Virus record (IMG/VR): IMGVR_UViG_3300025592_000986
DNA: 64,000 bases
Origin: a virus
Reading direction: 5' to 3' (one strand)
Under the pieces are notes generated by a model. That model made no database searches. It had not been told where the DNA came from and was given only the letters and a program-made list of their open reading frames with translations. Positions 7,565 to 16,679 of this stretch are shown here, piece by piece; position 1 is the first letter of the stretch, and the number at the start of each line of letters is the position of its first letter. The translations under genes and the position numbers were made by a program.

Positions 7565-10314
7565 TTTGCTTTCTCCTGGGTAAGGCTGTTTGTGGAGCTG
7601 TCAGCTTTCTCGCTGCTCAGTGCACCGTTCGTGTTATAAACCGCCATAGACTCTTGTTTTGCCTGAATGGTCGTGTCAAATCTACCTGGAGATATCGTAT
7701 TGGATATGCTGTTGACGATGTAGTAGCCCCCCAAACCCAGACGACCAGCAGTGGACGCAGCACCCCTTCCAGGAAGGGTTGGAAGTAGATAAAATCTACT
7801 TCCCAACGTAAAAATCGTATTACCCAAAGCAGATATCCCTACTTGGTATGGCTGGCGAGCAATGTCTACAGAGGAACCTTTAGCGGCGGAGACAATGGCA
7901 GATTCTCTAAGCCCTTTAATCGGCTCCATTTGAAAGCTAACATTGTGTATCAAGCCAGAATCCTGACCCATATAATAATGCGCGATGCCTTTTGCCGCGT
8001 CCTTCGCTTTATTGCCACCAGAAGTTACCGGCTTGTTAATATCTGAAGAAATAAGTAAGTACGGCTTGGGTTTGCCGTTGCCTGGATAGTGGAATAGTCC
8101 TGAATCTTCCGACACTAAACTAGTTAAGTTTTGCCGCCCTAGGATCTTTGGAGAAAATCTTCTACTACTCATTTCTCCCGCAACCATTTTGACAACATTA
8201 GGATTTCCGCTAGCAGGTGATTCATAGAATGCCTCTCCTGTGAAAACAGGTCTAATCAAGGTTCTAATCAGGTCATTCAAAAAATCAGACAGAGGGATTG
8301 ACGAGCGCTTCTTTGCGACGTAATTCTTGTGAAACCAAGCGTTATATCTTCCCACCGTTATTGGAATGTCCACCATTTCAATCACTTGACTAGTGCCCTT
8401 GAAGAGATTATTAAAAGAGAAGCTCCCTAATATCATATATGGCATTTCTTCAGACTTGTTAGATTCTTCTGCAATCTTGTATAACACTTCGATCAAATCG
8501 CCAAGATAGAAGAATGATATATAATGAGAATTGGCAGCGTCCTGAGAGTCATAAGTTATTTCCGAAAGAATTTCACCGGCAGATATACTGACACCTGTGG
8601 GGCTTGCAGCGATGTCCGGTACAACAACTAAATCTTTTGGTTTCTGCTTCGGGCCCTTGGACCCCTTATCCTCCCCATTCCCAACTTCACCGTTCAGTTT
8701 TTCCTGATCTTGTTTTATTTTGGCGGCATCAGAAGCACGCGGGTCGTTAGACCTCTGGCTTTCGTTTACACCTTTTTCTACAATTGCTAGTTTTGAATTC
8801 TCTTCTCTGATCTTTTTGTTCATTTGACTTGCAGAGGCTCTGTTTTCAATACTCCGCTTATATTTCTCATAAGCGGCCTTATCTACTTTAAGTATCCTGA
8901 TCCTACTCTCATCTTTACCAAAGTTGTTAAGCATTCTCTGAACTCTTGACATATTCTCCTGTCTTCTTTGGGCTGTTTCTCTGTCAATGCTCGCGATGAC
9001 CTCTTCTTCTAAGAACTTTTCTGGGTTTCCGGCGTTGAGGGCGTCCTTGAGTTTGCCCTGCAACTCATCGGTGACATTAAGCTGATCTTGCTGATTCAAG
9101 TTCTCCGTTGCTTCAATTATAATTTGAGCGGCAGTGTTTTCTTCAAGCTGCATTGCCAATTCGGGGTTTGCCATTTTCAGTTCTTCAAAATTTTCTAAAC
9201 CAAATTCTTGTGCTTTCACGTCTAGGGGAGTCTCGTTGATCGGGCCAGAGACAGGAAGCCCTTTGGTGGCCAAAGGGCTATTTGATAAAGTGTTCAGTGC
9301 AGAGACGGCGGAGGCTCGGCGGACTACTTGATCTCTGTGCACCGACAACAAGTCGAAGCTTTTAGTGAAATTGTCAATTCTTCCAACGTAGTCTATCACC
9401 AAGTCGAACGATCCGTCTTGTTCGAAATTAAATTCAAATTGGACCATATTCATAACCAAAGTCGCTCTTGCCTGTTTTACGGCGTTGTAGAGTCTTTCTC
9501 CCAGAAGTTCTTTAGCGCCGGTGGATGCGGACCATCCAACTACCGCTTTGATCTCGACCCCGGTTTGGCTTCTAGCAAATATCGTTCTATATGGTTCTTG
9601 GTCCAACAGGGACAGAGTGTCGCAAAATATCGTAAGCTTTGCAGTTATGTTGCCCTGATATGCTGGGTCTTTGCCGCGTAAATCCCACTGAAATTGTTTT
9701 ATTCCTATATTACCTTTACCCACCTGGCCTCTGGCAAAAGGATCCAACATAGAGGAATTGGCATCTAGATAGCCCCCCTGAAAGGGTATCTCTACTTCGC
9801 TTATGTTTACCCCCAGGTTGCGGCGGTCTTGCCTGAGCAGAGAAAACCTCATATATGGAGTCAATAACGAAACTTGCATAGGTGTAATTGTGTTAAAGTC
9901 TTCAATTCCAGAAAACTTGTTGAATAAATTTTGCGGAGACATCGAACTTTCAGACCTAAGTGATGTAAAATATTTTCCATATGAGTTCTTTTGGTTATGC
10001 GCAACCAGATCCTCAAGAGCTGAGATCAGAAAGTAACCCTCATTGTAATTTCGTTCAAGTACTCCAATAGCGCTGGCGACGTCTGTCTTTTTTTGTAGTA
10101 TTCGGGCTAATTCGTCGTCTACAGCTTCCGCTGACGGTTCTACACCGCGCTTCTCCATAGCCTCCTCAATTTTGTCCAGTTGATCCTCTTTGGAGAGTTT
10201 ATAGAATGCATTTTCTTCGGGGGTAAACGCTCCTTGTAGTGCTGTTTTACTTTTACCCTCGGTTTTTACGACCCCACGAGAAGAGGGGGCCACCGCCTTT
10301 ATCGTTTCCGTCAC
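7561..10314 (-). CDS. baseplate hub-like protein (gp27/gpD-like C-terminus)
   Basis: C-terminal GNTIFTLG...GGYYIVNSISNTISPGRFDTTIQA pattern; located after tape measure, tube initiator and LysM gene. Confidence 0.55.
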   Translation of the reverse strand: MTETIKAVAPSSRGVVKTEGKSKTALQGAFTPEENAFYKLSKEDQLDKIEEAMEKRGVEPSAEAVDDELARILQKKTDVASAIGVLERNYNEGYFLISALEDLVAHNQKNSYGKYFTSLRSESSMSPQNLFNKFSGIEDFNTITPMQVSLLTPYMRFSLLRQDRRNLGVNISEVEIPFQGGYLDANSSMLDPFARGQVGKGNIGIKQFQWDLRGKDPAYQGNITAKLTIFCDTLSLLDQEPYRTIFARSQTGVEIKAVVGWSASTGAKELLGERLYNAVKQARATLVMNMVQFEFNFEQDGSFDLVIDYVGRIDNFTKSFDLLSVHRDQVVRRASAVSALNTLSNSPLATKGLPVSGPINETPLDVKAQEFGLENFEELKMANPELAMQLEENTAAQIIIEATENLNQQDQLNVTDELQGKLKDALNAGNPEKFLEEEVIASIDRETAQRRQENMSRVQRMLNNFGKDESRIRILKVDKAAYEKYKRSIENRASASQMNKKIREENSKLAIVEKGVNESQRSNDPRASDAAKIKQDQEKLNGEVGNGEDKGSKGPKQKPKDLVVVPDIAASPTGVSISAGEILSEITYDSQDAANSHYISFFYLGDLIEVLYKIAEESNKSEEMPYMILGSFSFNNLFKGTSQVIEMVDIPITVGRYNAWFHKNYVAKKRSSIPLSDFLNDLIRTLIRPVFTGEAFYESPASGNPNVVKMVAGEMSSRRFSPKILGRQNLTSLVSEDSGLFHYPGNGKPKPYLLISSDINKPVTSGGNKAKDAAKGIAHYYMGQDSGLIHNVSFQMEPIKGLRESAIVSAAKGSSVDIARQPYQVGISALGNTIFTLGSRFYLLPTLPGRGAASTAGRLGLGGYYIVNSISNTISPGRFDTTIQAKQESMAVYNTNGALSSEKADSSTNSLTQEKAK

Positions 10315-10316
10315 TT

Positions 10317-10655
10317 TTAAACTCCCAACTTGGTAAGTACATCGTCAATTGGAGTTGGTATATACAATAAGTCTCCCGGTCTTACATGACTGTCTGTGGG
10401 TTTTTGATTAAACCAGGATATGACCCACCAAAGTTCAGGGTTGCCATAAAAATCAGCAGCAAGCTTATAGAATTTATCGCCCAGCCCCCAACGATAAGGA
10501 AAGGTTTGAATCTCTGCTAGATCACGCAAATTTAGATGTTTTAAATTTGGAGAGGAGTACATTCTAATAAACTTTCTATTTCTTTTGGCGAACTTGTGTT
10601 GGTATTGCTCCAAATCATTAATTACTGTTCTTCTGTTGGAATATCTTCTAGTCAT
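10317..10655 (-). CDS. LysM/gp53/tail-X-like baseplate protein
   Basis: GDKFYKLAADFYGNPELWWVISWFN...PGDLLYIP; likely start MTRRY. Confidence 0.8.
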   Translation of the reverse strand: MTRRYSNRRTVINDLEQYQHKFAKRNRKFIRMYSSPNLKHLNLRDLAEIQTFPYRWGLGDKFYKLAADFYGNPELWWVISWFNQKPTDSHVRPGDLLYIPTPIDDVLTKLGV

Positions 10656-10656
10656 T

Positions 10657-11598
10657 TTAGTCTCCGCCTGACATATAATTACTTGGGTCATCAGGGTCAC
10701 TGAATATTTGCTGTTCTGCGAGTCTGCTTTGATTTAACTCCGCAACACTGATTGACATCGGAGCATCTGGACTGGATATACCTACCTCTGAATCTGATAC
10801 GATCTCTCTTTTCTCACTAGCTGCTTTGTTCGCAGGTTTTGCCTTTCTCGTGTCTTTACATATAGAATGATCTCCGGTCATCGGGTGAACGCCGTATGCG
10901 TAATTTGTCGCGCCGGCGTCATCACCAAGCCAGTTTATATTGTCTTCGTTCCACCCGAGAGCGTGAGAATGAAGAACCGTAAATGTACAAGAAAGCTCAA
11001 ACTCTTTTGGATACAGAATACCGGGTGCCGGATTAAAGAATCCCATATCAAGGTTTGGCTTCATAGAAAATCCAGAGACTGTTCCCACGAGACCCCCCTC
11101 GACTGCGCTGGGGGAGGTGGTATTTGTTCGAACATCTTGCACTAAGTTTGCAAATTTTATTTTCATCACTGGTGAAGAAGACATAGTGCGAATGGTTTGA
11201 CCTAAATTGTTCTTTCTCACTTCGTACGTTGGATACAACATCGATGACAAGTGTTCAAAACTGTGCAAGTTCGCTTGAGCGTCGTTCACACTAACAGATG
11301 GCACAGACCAGCCCAATTCTATAACCCTCTGTGTGCCTTGGAATATCTGAATCGGGTCCATCCTACCATACACTGAGACAGACTTGAAATCACTTTTCCA
11401 CCTATCTTCGAATTGAGTTAAGAAAGATTTAAATTGTACACATTTCCCTGTAGCAATGTGATGTAGGTCAATTTGCCAAAACCGAGTGTTTGCGAATCCG
11501 TCGTCGGCTGGCACATACCCTGGACCTATATTGTCTGCTGGTCCCGAGCGATGGCCAACTGAATTTAACGAACTATTGAATATCTTGCGACCTGACAT
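10657..11598 (-). CDS. baseplate tail-tube initiator-like protein
   Basis: YGRMDPIQIFQGTQRVI, LYPTY, SPVMKIKFANL; position between tape measure and LysM gene. Confidence 0.6.
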   Translation of the reverse strand: MSGRKIFNSSLNSVGHRSGPADNIGPGYVPADDGFANTRFWQIDLHHIATGKCVQFKSFLTQFEDRWKSDFKSVSVYGRMDPIQIFQGTQRVIELGWSVPSVSVNDAQANLHSFEHLSSMLYPTYEVRKNNLGQTIRTMSSSPVMKIKFANLVQDVRTNTTSPSAVEGGLVGTVSGFSMKPNLDMGFFNPAPGILYPKEFELSCTFTVLHSHALGWNEDNINWLGDDAGATNYAYGVHPMTGDHSICKDTRKAKPANKAASEKREIVSDSEVGISSPDAPMSISVAELNQSRLAEQQIFSDPDDPSNYMSGGD

Positions 11599-11624
11599 CT
11601 AGCGTTGTTCTCCTTGATCTTGTT

Positions 11625-14468
11625 CTATACAGTACTTAGATTATAAAAGTCTTTATTTATACCGTTTATTGCTGCCCTGGCTATTTCTCTTCTGTCTATG
11701 TTTATAACAACGTCTCTTTGATCCCCACCGCTGTTGGACATTATATCTATTAACTTGTCTAACTTCTTAGCCAACACACCGCCTTCTTTTGACGCCACTG
11801 CTTCAAATCCGTCACTGGAGTTGAATCTTGCGCCGCCGCCAGACGGTGAAGATATATATGCGTCGTTCATGGCCTGGGGTTGTTTTGGAGTTGGTTTCTT
11901 CAAATCGTCACCAAAGAATGCTTCAGAAACAAACCGACCGATGGGCACTGAAAGTCCTGGTAGGCTTTCAGCCATATAACCTCCAAGTGTGCGACCCAGG
12001 AAATCGCCGCCCATATAAGCAAGTAGCGAGGCACCTGCGCCGGCACCCACCGTAACGGTATTAAGCGCTGCGGTAGCGAGTGCGCCGCCTGCTACGCCTC
12101 CGACCGAACTAAGCACTTGTGATCCTATTTGCTGATGAAGGTCAGCACCCCGTTCGCCGGAGTCTATAAGTCCCTTGATGTTGCTGCCGGCCATAATAGT
12201 CTCGATCAACGCACCCACCAATGGGAGTTTACCTATTGCCTTGAAAATCTTCAAACCTTTGCCCTTGTCGATACTACTTAAAAGCTTACCTAGACTAGAA
12301 TTCATAGCTTTGTCTTTTAGTGCTCCTGCATGCTTGGATACAAACGCGCCGGCTTGCCCAGACTTTTCAGCAATAAAAGATCCTGCTTGCCCTGCCTTGT
12401 TTTTTACATATCCGCCGGCGTCTTTGGCCATATTCATTGCACCAGTACCAAACGATTTTGCACCACCCACCAAGGATTTACCCGTATCGGACAAGGACCC
12501 AAGGCTGAAGAGGCCCGCTGTCGCAGCGCCCATTTTTCCAAGCATACCTCCTCTGCCCATTCCGACGATTTTGCTGCCCAGTCCGCCGGGAGGTTTGCCT
12601 CCCTGGAATTTGGAGCCTGCGAACTTTCCGCCACCCTTGCCGCCGCGTATGCGGAATCTGCGTCTACCGCCGCCGCCGCCGCCACCCATACCGCCCATTC
12701 CACCACCAAGCGGAACAACATAAGAAGGATTTATTGGTGTGCCGCCTGGCATCAAGCGACCCATTACGGCACCCATAGCAGCTTTCACTGCTAATGTGCC
12801 AATAGCAGCAGCACCGCCGAGACCAAGAACACCCATTATCGGACTTCCGGTTATTGACGTTATGGCACCACTGACGGTTCCCATAACTTTGGCAATGCCC
12901 TTAACTAACCTAAATATTCCCTCAAAAACATTCTTGATATTTGTCATCGTCTTATCGCTAAAAAGATCATTGCCGAAAGCAGCCGTCATTGCTTTTTCTA
13001 GTTCTAAACCTAGGCGAGTCATGACGTCCATCATTCTGACTCTTTCTTTTTGCATATTGGCTGCTGTTTCAGCTTGGGTGTCTGCATCGGCCATTGCGGC
13101 TCGAATTTGGTCGGAGCTTTTTGCCATCATTTTTCCTAGTTGTGTGACAGACATACCCATCTGTTCAGCAATGGCGGCTTTTTTGAATTTATCAAGCTGA
13201 TCGAAAGACTTGCCGGACACCTCAAGACCTTCTTTAAGCAAGACAAGCCTCTCAGATTCTGTGGCGGACAGCAACTCTATAGTGTCCATATAGGGCCCAC
13301 CCAAAAGTGCATTAAGATTTCCAGCCGATGTTGCGGCGGTATCGAACGTGTCGAATTGTGCCATACTCTGTAACATTGAGCCAACATCCATATTCAGTAA
13401 CTGGCTAGCACCTTGGATTCGCTTAAATTCTCCGACCATTCTCGGGCCATATTTAGCCAGTTCTTTCGATGCGCCGTTGAATCCAGATATAATCATATCC
13501 GGTGGAAGCTTGAGTTGCCGCGCTAGTGCTGCTAGCTCTCTAGCCGTCTCTTCCGATGCTGGTAGCGACATACCCATTGAAGTGGTTAAAAAACCGATGG
13601 CTTCTCCGGTAGATTGTGCTGCGACTCCAAATTGTTCCAGGGTCGCGACAGTTTTCAATACAGTATCTTGATTAGTTGTGTTTAAATTATAAAATCCTTG
13701 AAACTCTGTCTGCATTGCTGCAAGCGCGTTTGCGACCTCTGGGCCACGCATTGACAGTGACTGACTCTCGTTGGCAATTTTGGCCATCCTGGGTGCCATA
13801 TCTGCCATACCTGTGGACTGAAACAAATTGTTTTGGGCTTTATCCAGTGACGTAAAAGATTCAACAGCAGCGTTGACGAAACCGCCAAAAAGTTTCATAG
13901 GAGTAAACGACTTTAAAACATTTTTAAAAAGTTGTCCAGAGGATTTAGATAGATCTTTAAATCCCTTGGCACTCAAGGTTGCATCGTCAACAAAGCTGCC
14001 GAAACCCTTTTGAGCAAATCCTATATTTTGCGCAAGGTTAGCTGAAGCACCTTCGATGGCGGCGAATATTTCCTGTCCTTTTGCTAGTGCTTTGTTGTAT
14101 TTAACCTGCTCTATAATTTTCGCTTTTTGGTCTTGAAGTTCCTTCGCCGTGGCGTCTTTAGAAGACAGGAGCAAGTCCATCTTCAGCTTTTCTATCTCTA
14201 ACTGCTCTTGGCCGATATGAGTTAAAACCTGATGCTTTGAGTACTGTTCTCCAACAGCATTCATTATCTTTTCTTCAAGTTCTAGTTTTTTTGCTTTTAA
14301 CTTAAGGTCTGCTTCCGCTTGGACAACCTGTTTTTGGATTTCCTCTGGGGATGAGGATTTTGGCCTGTTTCCCATCATAGCTTGAATAGACTTTACCGCT
14401 TGGGCTGCGTCTCTTGAGCTAAGGCCGGACTTTTCTAATATACTCTGTAACTCTTTTTTATCAGCCAC
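11625..14468 (-). CDS. tail tape measure protein
   Basis: 947 aa, helical and Ala/Gly/Met-rich with hydrophobic segments; follows tube and chaperone genes; C-terminal VVINIDRREIARA. Confidence 0.8.
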   Translation of the reverse strand: MADKKELQSILEKSGLSSRDAAQAVKSIQAMMGNRPKSSSPEEIQKQVVQAEADLKLKAKKLELEEKIMNAVGEQYSKHQVLTHIGQEQLEIEKLKMDLLLSSKDATAKELQDQKAKIIEQVKYNKALAKGQEIFAAIEGASANLAQNIGFAQKGFGSFVDDATLSAKGFKDLSKSSGQLFKNVLKSFTPMKLFGGFVNAAVESFTSLDKAQNNLFQSTGMADMAPRMAKIANESQSLSMRGPEVANALAAMQTEFQGFYNLNTTNQDTVLKTVATLEQFGVAAQSTGEAIGFLTTSMGMSLPASEETARELAALARQLKLPPDMIISGFNGASKELAKYGPRMVGEFKRIQGASQLLNMDVGSMLQSMAQFDTFDTAATSAGNLNALLGGPYMDTIELLSATESERLVLLKEGLEVSGKSFDQLDKFKKAAIAEQMGMSVTQLGKMMAKSSDQIRAAMADADTQAETAANMQKERVRMMDVMTRLGLELEKAMTAAFGNDLFSDKTMTNIKNVFEGIFRLVKGIAKVMGTVSGAITSITGSPIMGVLGLGGAAAIGTLAVKAAMGAVMGRLMPGGTPINPSYVVPLGGGMGGMGGGGGGGRRRFRIRGGKGGGKFAGSKFQGGKPPGGLGSKIVGMGRGGMLGKMGAATAGLFSLGSLSDTGKSLVGGAKSFGTGAMNMAKDAGGYVKNKAGQAGSFIAEKSGQAGAFVSKHAGALKDKAMNSSLGKLLSSIDKGKGLKIFKAIGKLPLVGALIETIMAGSNIKGLIDSGERGADLHQQIGSQVLSSVGGVAGGALATAALNTVTVGAGAGASLLAYMGGDFLGRTLGGYMAESLPGLSVPIGRFVSEAFFGDDLKKPTPKQPQAMNDAYISSPSGGGARFNSSDGFEAVASKEGGVLAKKLDKLIDIMSNSGGDQRDVVINIDRREIARAAINGINKDFYNLSTV

Positions 14469-14479
14469 GTTCGCCTACC

Positions 14480-14800
14480 TCATTTAACCGGCCAGGCCAG
14501 TCCCGTGTCTCTTTCGAACTTTTTAACCGCTGAATCCAACCTGTATCTGCTTTTGTAAGTGGCTGGATTGTTGAGTCCGTGCTTGTTGAAGGCGACAGCA
14601 AAGGCTTTCTCTGCAGCGAGAGCGTTACTAAACCTGTCAAGCTGTTTTGGTGTGCCTTTGACCTTTACCGGAAAAGGAGATCCAGTAAAGAGAACATTGA
14701 GCACCCTCTCCAATTGTGCACCTTGTTGCATAAGAAACATCGGTGCTTCGCTTATCTTTGTAAAATCTAATACTATCTCTTCTTGCTCTGTCAACTTCAT
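14480..14800 (-). CDS. hypothetical protein
   Basis: 106-aa ORF with GAGG SD and an upstream ACTAATTA motif. Confidence 0.7.
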   Translation of the reverse strand: MKLTEQEEIVLDFTKISEAPMFLMQQGAQLERVLNVLFTGSPFPVKVKGTPKQLDRFSNALAAEKAFAVAFNKHGLNNPATYKSRYRLDSAVKKFERDTGLAWPVK

Positions 14801-14823
14801 TTCCTCGATATAAGTCTACACCA

Positions 14824-14831
14824 TAATTAGT
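14824..14831 (-). promoter_or_regulatory. putative late promoter variant ACTAATTA
   Basis: Between a terminator and the next start codon. Confidence 0.5.
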
Positions 14832-14840
14832 AACCACTAA

Positions 14841-14868
14841 AATAAAATAGGGCCTCGGAGGCCCTATT
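14841..14868 (-). terminator. rho-independent terminator
   Basis: AATAGGGCCT-CCG-AGGCCCTATT followed by TTATTTT. Confidence 0.75.
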
Positions 14869-14877
14869 AGATTACGA

Positions 14878-15075
14878 TCATTTTCGTCTAGATTTTTGAG
14901 ACTGTTTTTCTATTTCAGCGTTCTCGTCTTCATTATGTTTTATAATCCTTCTAATGAACCACCTTCTAATCTGAATCGGTAAGTTGTAGGCTTCAAAAAA
15001 GCTCCAACCTCCGTGGTGTTTCAATATAAACAACTCCTCATAGACAGACTCTATGTATTCATTGTTCAGGCCAAA
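14878..15075 (-). CDS. gp51-like tail/baseplate assembly chaperone, probably the C-terminal part of a frameshift product
   Basis: FILKHHGGWSFFEAYNLPIQIRRWF. No Met after the overlap with the upstream gene; the frame is entered at a GGGTTTTTTT run. Confidence 0.7.
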   Translation of the reverse strand, partial: FGLNNEYIESVYEELFILKHHGGWSFFEAYNLPIQIRRWFIRRIIKHNEDENAEIEKQSQKSRRK

Positions 15076-15922
15076 AAAACCCGGTTGTGATTGGCACGTC
15101 CACCTCGCTGTCTGCTTCGCAATGTTCACAAGTCATCTCTTGAGAAAACTTGACGTTCGGTGACATGTCGGAATAAACACCCCTCAAGAACCTTGAGTCT
15201 GCGGCGGGCATCGCCTCTAGAAATTCACTCAACTGGGATGGGTCCTCGACGCCGTTGGCACTTACCACAATGCTCTTCAGCAAATCAGTAGATTGTGAGT
15301 CTGGCAAACTGTTCTTCTGCTTTAGCTGCGTCGATTTTGTCAACTTCTCTTCATCGTGGCCTGTCAAAAACCTAACATCAACACTAATTTTTGTGACAGG
15401 TAAATCCACACTGAAGGTTCCATTTGAATTTATTTGAATATCGCTCGTAGTCTCTGGCATACTGTAATGATCTGTGTACTTGGACAAATCAAAATTTATA
15501 TCGTTGTCGGACCCACACATATTACACGTCGCCTGAGCTTCGTATGCTGCACCGTAACCCGTTATTCTAACTGCATACATTAAAGCGTTTCTGTCCCCAA
15601 CTAACAAGTCTTTTGCATTGATGTTTTCATCAATGATGACACTTTGCAATAATCTATCAATAGCTATGCCCTTCTTGAGAAGGGAAGGAGAGGTCAGAAT
15701 GTCCTCGTCCTTGGCTGTCATAAACCTTATTTCTATGTTGTCTTTTCCGTACAGGGGACTGCCCTCTGGATAGAAGAGCCCTTTTGAGGGGAGATCCACG
15801 ATCTCCGTTGGGACTGCAAAGTTTAACAAACTGTTCGTGGTACTTATATTTAATGGCATTGAAGCCGGGGGTGGGGCCTGTGATGCGCCGGCTGCGCGTC
15901 GCTTGGCATTTCTATTACTCAT
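15059..15922 (-). CDS. gp26-like baseplate hub / tail assembly chaperone
   Basis: VDLPSKG..YP, MTAKDEDIL, LLVGDRNAL...RITGYG, two CxxC pairs, ends FFWP. Confidence 0.8.
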   Translation of the reverse strand: MSNRNAKRRAAGASQAPPPASMPLNISTTNSLLNFAVPTEIVDLPSKGLFYPEGSPLYGKDNIEIRFMTAKDEDILTSPSLLKKGIAIDRLLQSVIIDENINAKDLLVGDRNALMYAVRITGYGAAYEAQATCNMCGSDNDINFDLSKYTDHYSMPETTSDIQINSNGTFSVDLPVTKISVDVRFLTGHDEEKLTKSTQLKQKNSLPDSQSTDLLKSIVVSANGVEDPSQLSEFLEAMPAADSRFLRGVYSDMSPNVKFSQEMTCEHCEADSEVDVPITTGFFWPEQ

Positions 15923-15987
15923 ATATCCTCACTTTCTTTAACAAAAAAACTGTAACTTATATTCTCAAATTAGCCTTGTGCTTATTA

Positions 15988-16617
15988 TTAGAGCGCACTA
16001 AAGTCTGCGCCGGCTGCTAGAGCGCTGGGTTTCTTATCAAGCTCCGAAGCGATTACGCCAGACCCCCGACCGGTAAGGTCTGCCCAGTCATACCGAAGGG
16101 TTAACTCGATGTTTAAGAGATCGTCACTCTCGTAATCAAGCTCATCGAAACTGACAGATTTGATGAATGGATTGTAAAGTTTCCATTCCTCGTTGACCCT
16201 ACCGTTCGAATCAATCTGCTGAATGTATATCGCTCCGCCCAGCGCTTTCGTAGCGCCGGCCTTTGACATAGTGTATACGCGGTTTGCTTCCAATCCTTGC
16301 GTATCGGGTATATTGTTGGCGTTCAAAAAGTTGTGCGGTGGCACATAGCCAGACTGTTTAAGTAACGCCATCATTGTCCTAGAAGCGTCGGGGCTCACTG
16401 GGTCAACAAGTGTCATACTTATTTCCGACCACTCCACTCGGCCAGGGTAGTAGAACTTGTAGTTCAGGAAGCTATGTTCTGCTTCTCCCAAACTGAAGTT
16501 CGGTTTTCCGACCTTTTTCATTATCCACTGTGGTACCCCTCTGAAACTGAGGAGCCATCTGAATTTTCTCTTTGGCTCGATACTAGCATCTGACCAAAAT
16601 CCGTCTACGCCTGGCAT
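15988..16617 (-). CDS. tail tube protein (gp19-like)
   Basis: EPKRKFRW, YYPGRVEW..I..TL.D, EEWKLYNPF, LDYESDD...IELTLRYDWA; directly after the sheath gene. Confidence 0.9.
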   Translation of the reverse strand: MPGVDGFWSDASIEPKRKFRWLLSFRGVPQWIMKKVGKPNFSLGEAEHSFLNYKFYYPGRVEWSEISMTLVDPVSPDASRTMMALLKQSGYVPPHNFLNANNIPDTQGLEANRVYTMSKAGATKALGGAIYIQQIDSNGRVNEEWKLYNPFIKSVSFDELDYESDDLLNIELTLRYDWADLTGRGSGVIASELDKKPSALAAGADFSAL

Positions 16618-16655
16618 TATAACTGCCCTCCTAAAAATAATATGTTACACACTCT

Positions 16656-16663
16656 TAAATAGT
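16656..16663 (-). promoter_or_regulatory. putative late promoter ACTATTTA (tail tube)
   Basis: Recurrent intergenic 8-mer upstream of structural genes. Confidence 0.65.
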
Positions 16664-16679
16664 GTGGCCAAAGTTTTTT

